From Ministeria vibrans ATCC 50519 (Eukaryota > Protista > Filasterea): DNA of 42,050 bases. Positions 34,486 through 42,050 of the stretch are shown piece by piece. Positions within the stretch are counted from its first letter, which is position 1; each line of letters starts with the position of its first letter. A program made the position numbers and the translations under genes. Where the stretch lies: contig CALSCP010002736.1 of NCBI GenBank assembly GCA_943704425.1, positions 76,332 through 118,381 of the forward strand. The letters run 5' to 3'. Below the pieces are notes generated by a model. That model made no database searches, was not told the origin of the DNA, and saw only the letters and a list, made by a program, of their open reading frames with translations.

Positions 34486-35420
34486 CTTTTTCTCTCTTTT
34501 TCTCTCTGTAGACTCACTGGAATCAGATTGATTCAGTGGGCGATCAGAGTTCTTACGTGAATGATCTTCAGGAGACACTCTCGCGACATATTCCTGTTGT
34601 GCGCGATCACTTTACTTCTGCAAAGTACTTTACTCAGACCACTCTCAAGTTTGCGAGTTCCTTTCTGCCAAAGCTCCTTCAAACTGTTTTTATGTGCAAG
34701 CCAATGAATGCAATTGGAGCAGAACAGGTTTGAAATGATACAATGAGATAACCCTCATTCGTTTGTTTGATTAAATTGTACCTTTTTTGTGCATCTGTAG
34801 CTCTTGTTGGATGTGCACTCCATTAAGACTCTGCTGCTCAAACTGCCCAATGTCAATGCGCAACTCGCCTCCAAAATCTCAACTGCCTATCGTCGTGTCG
34901 TCGAAAATGGTACACACAGAGAGACGAAGCACGCATTCCCTCAGACAAAACAGCACTCTCACACTCATTTATTGCATATGTAGGAATCAATAAGATTGAA
35001 ATGATTCTGAAGATTGTGCTGACATCGCATGAGCCTGCGGAGTCATGTGTGTTGATGTATGTGTCGCTGATGGGCAGTGATGCCAACGACTCGACGACGT
35101 TTGGACGGATTCTTGAGATGAAGGGACTGGGGCGACGCGAGAAACAGGCGCTGATGGAGGAGTTTGCACGACAGACGACTGTGCCGGCTGAAGCCAATGA
35201 GAAGAGCAGTGGCAGTAGCATTGCGAGCAGTGTGAGCGGCGCACTAGGAAGTGTGTTGAGAGGGAGCAAGAGCAGTGCAGTCGCCCCCACCACGACCACT
35301 ACTACTACTACGTCGTCGTCGTCAGCATCAGGTGCAGTGGGAGCCGGTGCGTCCGGTGCTCAGGGGAAGAGCTATCTCACGGGCCTCAAGATTGAGAAGC
35401 TTATCAACCGCCTTACTTGA
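30880..35420 (+). CDS. VPS53: Vacuolar protein sorting-associated protein 53 (GARP/EARP subunit); about 20 exons
   Basis: [112 protein letters not shown]. Canonical introns. Confidence 0.95.
31869..31940. repeat. Intronic pentanucleotide repeat (GATCT/GATGT)n
   Basis: Directly visible in a VPS53 intron. Confidence 0.9.
32137..32200. repeat. Intronic (AAT)n microsatellite
   Basis: Directly visible. Confidence 0.95.
32952..33032. repeat. Intronic (GT)n microsatellite
   Basis: Directly visible. Confidence 0.95.
34403..34479. repeat. Intronic (CT)n microsatellite
   Basis: Directly visible. Confidence 0.95.
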
Positions 35421-35499
35421 AAAGCCCTGTCCGAATTTTTATTTGTTGCGAAAAGAAACTTTTTTATTCCATTTCATTGGGGGACAACAAACATTTAGT

Positions 35500-37536
35500 T
35501 TAGTTGTAAACGAGAACGCCCGAGTTACCATCGACCATAAAGGCACTGGCGTACGCATGGCCGGCATCGACAAGGCTGATGTCGTAGATGTAGTGGTACG
35601 GGAGCTTCTGGACGGTCCATGTGTCACCACCGTTCTCAGTCTGGTAGAACATGCCGTTGAAGGTGCCTGACGAAGAACAAAAGAAGAACAGAGTGAGTGG
35701 AAAAATGTGTGTGTGTGTGTGTGTGTGTGTAAGAAGGTGACCCTAACCCTAAGCCTGATTGAAAACCCATCACACACTCTCGCACTGCACACAGACAATC
35801 ACGTTTCTTTCGGTGTCTTTCTCTCTGTCTCCCTTCTCTCTATTCTGTCTCTCAAATTGCTCCCTCTCTCTCTCTCTCCTCCATATCTTTCTCATCGTAC
35901 CGAACGAGGTGAAGGCAGCGCCGTAGGCCCAGCCGCGCTTCTCGTTGTAGAAGGCAACGCCAAAGAGACCGCCGCCATCGACACTCAGCTGCTTGTTCCA
36001 CGTCTTGCCGCCGTCAGTGGTGCCCATGACGTACGCAACCGACGCGTTGGTGGTGGGCTCCTGTCCCTCAACGACGAACCTAAAATAGTCACAATTATAA
36101 TGTTAACCACCGCACGCACAGACACAATGAACCGCTTACCAGCCAACCTGCTCGCTCACAAACTGGATACCGTTGGGGTAGAAGGTGCCGGTGTGGTTGA
36201 AGATGGTGCTCCAGGTCTTGCCGCCGTCAGTGGTCTTCTGGACGGCCGCCTTGAAGTCGTTGTCCTCGGTGACGGTGAAGACGGGGTCAACCTTGACGAG
36301 CGAGCGCTTCATCGTGACACGGTCCTCGACGAGGTGCACGCGCTGCGACAGGCGGTGGACCAGACGCGGCTTGGACATGTCCTCCTTCTCAGTGTAGCTG
36401 GGGTCTTGGGGCCACTGGCCACCCGACAGGAATCCGGTGGTCTTGGAGATGAACGATCCGTAGCGCACAGATGTCCAGGTGGTGCCCCAGGCATGGTCCT
36501 CAAACGTCTTGCCACCGTCGTGGCTGATGGAAACACCTGACTCAGCGCCCGCCGCCGTAGACCAGCCACCGTAGCGGAAGAAGGTCTCGCCGTCCTTGAG
36601 AGCCTACAAGCGACAAAAAAAGGAAAGTTGTGAGAAGAGAACAAACACAAAAGGCACACCACAAAGACACACAAAGGCACACACACACATTGACATTGTT
36701 TTTATCACACACACACACACTCTCTCTCTCTGTGTGTCTCTTCTTACACCGCAGTCCTGGAAAGAGCAGCCAATGTGGTGGGCGGTGGAGGAAGCCTCCC
36801 AGCTCACTCCGTCGCTCGTGTACGATGATCCAGCCATCTTCGAGGCAAATCCAAGACCTAATAGTAACAGAATGTAATTAATAATAATAATTATTAATGA
36901 TTAATGATGGGATAAAAAATTGATAGTAAAGAAAAAAAAAAGTCATGCGCTGTCAAAAAATCGCTCAAAAAGGAAAAACACCATTGAAACAATGAAAACT
37001 TCCACCACGCACACAAGGACGGTAGACTTTTCAATGGAGATGGGGTCGCGCCCGTCGATTATTCGCCCGTGATGAGCGATGAGACAAAGAAACGCGAAAA
37101 AGAAGAAAAAAAGAAAAAAGAAGAAAGAAAAGGAAAAACTTAATAGAAAAGACATTACCAGCAGCAATTCCGTGGGTCTTAGAGCCGAAGGCCATGCTCA
37201 GGTAGATGATCTCGAAATCATGGGGCTCCTGTGGTGGTGCGATTGTGTTTTTTAAGTGTCTGTTTGACAAGACAGATAACAAAAAAAAAAAAAAAAAAAA
37301 AAAAACACTCTTGTGACTTCACGAAATAGAGCTACCTGGGTCCAGTTCTTGCCGGCATTGTGGGTGTGGAGGACAAGGGAGCCGACACCGTTGGAGTCGC
37401 CGCAGACAAACCCGTCGTCGTCGGTCGGGAAGGCAATGCCGGTCAGGACAGTCGCCAGGTTGTCGCTGAGGATGTGCCAGTCGGCTGCCGAGGCGTACGC
37501 GACCGCAATGGCGAGGAAGACAACAGCCGATCGCAT
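35500..37536 (-). CDS. Secreted BNR/Asp-box beta-propeller protein (Ycf48/sialidase-like fold); about 6 exons
   Basis: Signal peptide MRSAVVFLAIAVAYASA. Repeated Asp-boxes THNAGKNW, TSDGVSW, SHDGGKTF, TTDGGKTW (x2), TENGGDTW. The final exon ends GVLVYN* at 35500-35502. Confidence 0.85.
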
Positions 37537-37624
37537 GGTGGAAATGATTGGAAAAAAGTGATCGTTCTATTGACTATTGACGATTGACGTTGTCGTTCGA
37601 ATATGACACTTTTTCAGTTTTCAC
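37537..37624. promoter_or_regulatory. Probable bidirectional promoter (BNR protein / FAD oxidase)
   Basis: 88 bp between divergent ATGs, containing ATTGAC three times in tandem-like spacing (ATTGACTATTGACGATTGAC). Confidence 0.5.
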
Positions 37625-39310
37625 ATGTTTGTGTATTTTCAAGGGATTTTCACTACTCTCATTCTTGCTTGGGCCTATGGGGCGACAGCAGCACCCAGAC
37701 AACCGTTCTGTCAACGTGATGAGGCGTGCTGGCCAACAGCGGTGGAGATTGATGAGCTGCGAGCGGAGCTAGAGCCGACGGCGAATCGATCTCTGGTGTA
37801 TTTTGGAGCGGGACACTCGTTGCCCTCTCTCATCCCGCTTGACTCGCCAGACAACCAGCCGCTGTACGGGCAGGGGGTAGACATGTCTCCGGTGTATGTG
37901 GAAGAGGCAAAGGACGCGGGGCGGGCGTGTTTCGCCAATGGGACGTTCGGACAAGGACCGTCCTCTTGCATTTTCGCGACGCGCAATAACCCTCTCTACA
38001 ACTGGACGGCTGCCTTTGTGGCGTGGCCCTTGACCAAGGAACATGTTGTGGCGACCGTTCGCTTTGCAGCCAAGCATCGATTGTGCCTGAGCGTTGCTGG
38101 AACAGGCCACGATTTTCTTGCGCGGCACAGCTGTCGCGACGGACTCATGCTGCGCACCACATTGCTAAAAACACGCGAGTGGGCCAACGCCGAGGCGACC
38201 CAGGTGACGCTTGGCGCTGGTGTGACATTTAGTGAGGCTCAAGAGTTTGTGAGCTCGCGGAATCGCTTCATCTCGTCGGGCTGGGCGGCGTCAGTTGGCA
38301 TCGCCGGTTGGAGCCTGGGGGGTGGCCACGGGTTTGCAGCACCACAGTATGGCCTGGGTGTGGACAATGTTGTTGCCGCTGAGTTGGTCTTGGCCAATGG
38401 AACGGTAGTAAATGTGAGCAGCAGTGAACATGCGGATGTGTGGTTTGCCTTGCGTGGTGGCGGAGGCTCAACCTGGGGAGTCGTGACACTATTGACACTA
38501 CGCGCACATGCCACGCCTACCGGCGGTTTTGCCATGCGCAACATGTTTTGGGGCGGACTGATGTGCGGTGAGGGCGAGACCCGACTGAATTCACTGATTG
38601 AAGGGTATCTGAAGTGGGCAGAGGAGCGCAGTGCGCGCTGGGCAGGACTCGCCATCTTCACACCCGTCGCAACGCCAAACGATCCGTTGTGCAACGCCAC
38701 CTGGGTGGTCTTTGTGCAGTATGTGTTCCATGGGTCGTCCGACGACGAAGAGTACCGCAGTGGATGGGATGTGCTTGAGCATTTGGTGCCATTGGGTGTC
38801 CCGTCGAAACAGCTGCAGTATGCAACGTGGTGGGAGGAAGTGCGCGACGCTGACTTGCTTCCCGTTGCGCCTGTCGAGACGCAACCCAACGGACTGCCGT
38901 CAGTGCTGCTTTCGCGTACTGTCGTTCAAGATGGCTTGCTCGCGACGACAATGCAAGAGCGCATGAGTGTGTGTCGTGCGACGGGCGTTTGCTGGACGCA
39001 CCAATTGTACCATTGTCTCACGGGCAACCATGGCTCTCCTCACGCCGAGAATGTGGCCATCCCAGAAGCGTTTCGCTCCGCTCTTATGCACCTTGTGATC
39101 CACACGGACGACGCCGAAACGTTCGCGTCCGTCTACTATCCCCTCGGAGACCACTCGTACTTTGGCGAGTCGGCAGTGAAAATGCACGACTGGCCTCAGC
39201 GGCTGTGGGGCGAGCACTATGCGCGTCTCTGTGACATCAAACAACGCATTGACCCCACGGGTGTCTTTTGGTGTCGGCACTGCATTGGAGACGTCGATGA
39301 ATCCGAATGA
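37625..39310 (+). CDS. Secreted FAD-linked oxidoreductase (berberine-bridge/VAO family), intronless
   Basis: 561-aa open frame with signal peptide, FCQRDEACWPT, VRFAAKHRLCLSVAGTGHDF (covalent-FAD His), VGIAGWSLGGGHG, YGLGVDNVV, ALRGGGGSTWGVV, and C-terminal BBE motif LWGEHYARLCDIKQRIDPTGVFWC. Confidence 0.92.
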   Translation: MFVYFQGIFTTLILAWAYGATAAPRQPFCQRDEACWPTAVEIDELRAELEPTANRSLVYFGAGHSLPSLIPLDSPDNQPLYGQGVDMSPVYVEEAKDAGRACFANGTFGQGPSSCIFATRNNPLYNWTAAFVAWPLTKEHVVATVRFAAKHRLCLSVAGTGHDFLARHSCRDGLMLRTTLLKTREWANAEATQVTLGAGVTFSEAQEFVSSRNRFISSGWAASVGIAGWSLGGGHGFAAPQYGLGVDNVVAAELVLANGTVVNVSSSEHADVWFALRGGGGSTWGVVTLLTLRAHATPTGGFAMRNMFWGGLMCGEGETRLNSLIEGYLKWAEERSARWAGLAIFTPVATPNDPLCNATWVVFVQYVFHGSSDDEEYRSGWDVLEHLVPLGVPSKQLQYATWWEEVRDADLLPVAPVETQPNGLPSVLLSRTVVQDGLLATTMQERMSVCRATGVCWTHQLYHCLTGNHGSPHAENVAIPEAFRSALMHLVIHTDDAETFASVYYPLGDHSYFGESAVKMHDWPQRLWGEHYARLCDIKQRIDPTGVFWCRHCIGDVDESE

Positions 39311-39331
39311 TAGAGAGAGAAAATTATGATC

Positions 39332-39407
<76 letters not shown>
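39332..39407. repeat. Intergenic (AAT)n-(ATT)n inverted microsatellite
   Basis: About 12 AAT units immediately followed by about 13 ATT units; self-complementary. Confidence 0.93.
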
Positions 39408-39409
<2 letters not shown>

Positions 39410-39445
39410 AGTAACAGACATAATTATTACTATTACCAATTCATT

Positions 39446-41722
39446 ATGCCCCCAAAACGTGTGATCTTCAATTGTCTCACTGCGCTGGTGGGTATCGTGT
39501 CTGCCATGAGCGACCCCACTGTCTCCAGCAGCAGCGACGGCGACCTGATATTTTCGCTGGCTGAGAACGCAAGTGTCCAGTCCCTGAGCGACGTCTTTGT
39601 CAACGGCCAGCGCGTCTTCACCGAAGCCGAGGTGCTGGCTCTCATTGCACCGCTTAAAGACCGCGTGGCGGCGATCGAGGAGGAGCTCTTGGGGGCGTGT
39701 GTGTCGCAACCGTGCCAGAATGCGGCAACGTGTGAAATCAACAACGAGTCCTTTCGCTGCATCTGTCCCACCGCGTACACAGGCGCACTGTGCGACGTGG
39801 ACCTTGGCGAGTGCGCCTCATTGCCGTGTCAGAACGGAGGAAGCTGCACCGCGTCGACGGGTAAGGCTCGCACATCGAGCGAAAGAGACACGACATGTGA
39901 GCGACAAACTCACCCTACAATTCATATGATCATGATAGGATTCTACAGTTGTACTTGTCCCAGCGACTTCATTGGAGCCAACTGTGAGCGAGATGCTGCG
40001 TTTATCACTGTCTGGGAAACCGAAAGCGATGGCACGACCATCACCTTGCCGCTAATGAACACTGGCACGTACGCATGTTGGATCGATTGGGGCGATGCAA
40101 GCGTCGCCGACTTCGTTGCCACACACGACTCGCCACAGCGCGCGCACACCTACTCTCTTGCAGGAACATACACCGTCACGGTACAACAATATAATGATAT
40201 TTATTATTGCTTTTGGTCGTGTTCGTCTGTAGAGAGAATGCGATGAACGAGAAATCAAACTGATACGACTCATACACAAACAATGTAATAATTGTTTCTG
40301 TTCTGTAGATAAGAGGAACATTTGTGGGTCTGCAGTTTGGCAAGACAGGCGATCGACTGCATCTTCGTGAAATCCGACAATGGGGCAGTGCGCGTGTCGG
40401 AGATCACGCGGCAGGAGGATACTTTTATGGATGTGAGAATATGGTTGTCACGGCAACGCACCCTCTTGACCTGACTGGCACACTCAGTCTCAAGAATATG
40501 TTCCGTGAGAGTGGCATTGACCATCGCGGCAATATTTCCAATTGGGACACTCAAGTAGCAAACAAAAAGGAGAACAATCGAATTGTCACTCACAACTTGT
40601 CAATTGTAATTGTACATTATAGAGTGTGACTGATATGAGCTATATGTTCGACTCAGCTTCCAATTTTAATCAACCGCTATCCTTTGTCACTTCTGTACGT
40701 TATTGTAGAGGCATATGCCCCACTATCACGTTTTTGTTACTCTCGTTCCTTTCTAACACTTGCTTCTCCTTCTCCCTCCTCTTTCTTTCCTTCTTTTTCT
40801 TCGTTTTCTTCTTTTCTTTATTTCTTTAGCGCGTCACTGACATGTCCCATATGTTCGATAAAACAGCTTCCTTCAATTCTCCACTCGCATTTGACACTAC
40901 AGTGAGTTGTATTATCTCTGACTTACTCAATCACTCGCTCACTTTCCTTCTCTCTCTTGTAGAGTGTTGTTGATATGTCTTACATGTTCTTTTCTGCTTC
41001 TATTTTCAATCAACCTCTCTCGTTTACAGACACTTCAGTGAGTTTATTTGTTTTCTGTTTCTTGCTTCTTTTATCATCTCTCTTTTTTCTTTTAGAGTGT
41101 GACTGATATGTCTTTTATGTTCCGTGGTGCTTCTGAATTCAATCAGTCACTCAATTTTGATACTTCAGTAAGTCACTCTTGCTCTTTCTTTTTTCATTCT
41201 TACATGTTTTGTACTTCTCCGCATTTTTCCGCTCTAGCGTGTCGAAAGCATGTCAAACATGTTCTACTCTGCAGGTGCATTCAATCAGCCACTCACATTT
41301 ATCACATCAGTAAGTGTCAGACACACTCTATTTGCACTACTGAGCTCATTGTCTTGTAGAGTGTGACGACTATGTATCGGATGTTCCTCCGTGCTTCTTC
41401 GTTTAATCAACCACTCGACTTTGACACCTCGGTTGGGAACTATTCACAATCATAACAATAATTATTGTGCAAACAATGACTATTATTGACACATCTTTTA
41501 TTTTTGTATAGAGTCTGATCGATTCGAGTTGGATGTTCTACCAAGCGGTTTCATTCAATCAACCGCTCGATTGGAACACTTCCGTATAAGATCAGACCGA
41601 ATAACGCAACTTTAAAAATTAATATTGATTATTCTTTCTTTTTATTATAGATCGTGACTGACATGTGGTCTATGTTTGATGGTGCAAGAGACTTCAATCA
41701 AACTCTCTCATTTGATACTTCA
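39446..41722 (+). CDS. Secreted EGF + PKD-like + BspA/DUF285 surface-repeat protein; 3'-incomplete
   Basis: Signal peptide, short coiled coil, 2 EGF repeats, FITVWET..ITLPL..WIDWGD..HTYSLAGTYTVT|IRG..IRQWG..FYGCENM..NISNWDT. Eight exons follow, each encoding xVTDMSxMFxxAxxFNQPLxFDTS. The window ends inside the next intron. Confidence 0.85.
40623..41722 (+). repeat. Array of 8 phase-0 exons, one DUF285 repeat each
   Basis: Exons 40623-40694, 40830-40901, 40963-41037, 41096-41167, 41238-41309, 41360-41431, 41512-41583, 41651-41722. All are 72 nt except the third (75 nt), and all are flanked by TAG and GT. Confidence 0.9.
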
Positions 41723-41999
41723 GTGAGAATTACGTTTTCTCTATCGTTTTCTTTTGTCTCTCTCTATCACTTTCTTCTTTCTATCACTTTGTTTCGTTCT
41801 TCTCTTTATAAATTTGTTTCGTTTTCTCTTTATTACTTTGTTCTTTTTCCTCACTCCCTCTTTCACTTTGTTTCTTTTTCCTCACTCTCACTATCACATA
41901 ACTTTCACTATTATTTTGTTTATTTCTTCTCTCTCTCTATCACTTTGTTTCTCTCTCTCTCTCTCTATCACTTTGTTTCTTTCTCTCTCTCTATCACTT

Positions 42000-42047
<48 letters not shown>

Positions 42048-42050
42048 CCC

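Noticed and set aside
35739-35753. Telomere-like CCCTAA repeats (also ~5141 and ~32482)
   Set aside because: Only about two units, inside introns; compatible with chance or branch-site-like CTAAC sequence.

Overview
Eukaryotic nuclear DNA that is gene-dense and intron-rich: short GT-AG introns often filled with CA/CT/AAT microsatellites, and mostly 30-520 bp between coding regions. A receptor tyrosine kinase with HRDLAARN and Notch-type EGF repeats points to a unicellular holozoan (choanoflagellate/filasterean-like); this is inference. Twelve protein-coding genes were spliced by eye. In order: a secreted GH141-like beta-helix protein with a PAN insert, MCRS1, a TPR protein, an Aat/ATEL1-type aminoacyl-tRNA-protein transferase, a secreted thiaminase I, a GH79 heparanase-like enzyme, a ~3000-aa receptor tyrosine kinase, SDHA, VPS53, a secreted BNR/Ycf48-like propeller, an intronless BBE-like FAD oxidase, and an EGF + BspA/DUF285 protein that runs off the window. 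Most notable: (1) the bacterial-type DUF285 repeats are encoded one repeat per phase-0 exon, forming a cassette array; (2) the RTK has an unusual domain mosaic, is almost intronless and lies between two copies of the heparanase 3' end; (3) a secreted thiaminase I lies head-to-head with an Aat-like transferase; (4) there is a candidate structured RNA element at 13.7-14.0 kb. Three N-gaps (8769, 19606, 23176) affect gene models. All exon boundaries are manual and unverified by transcripts.
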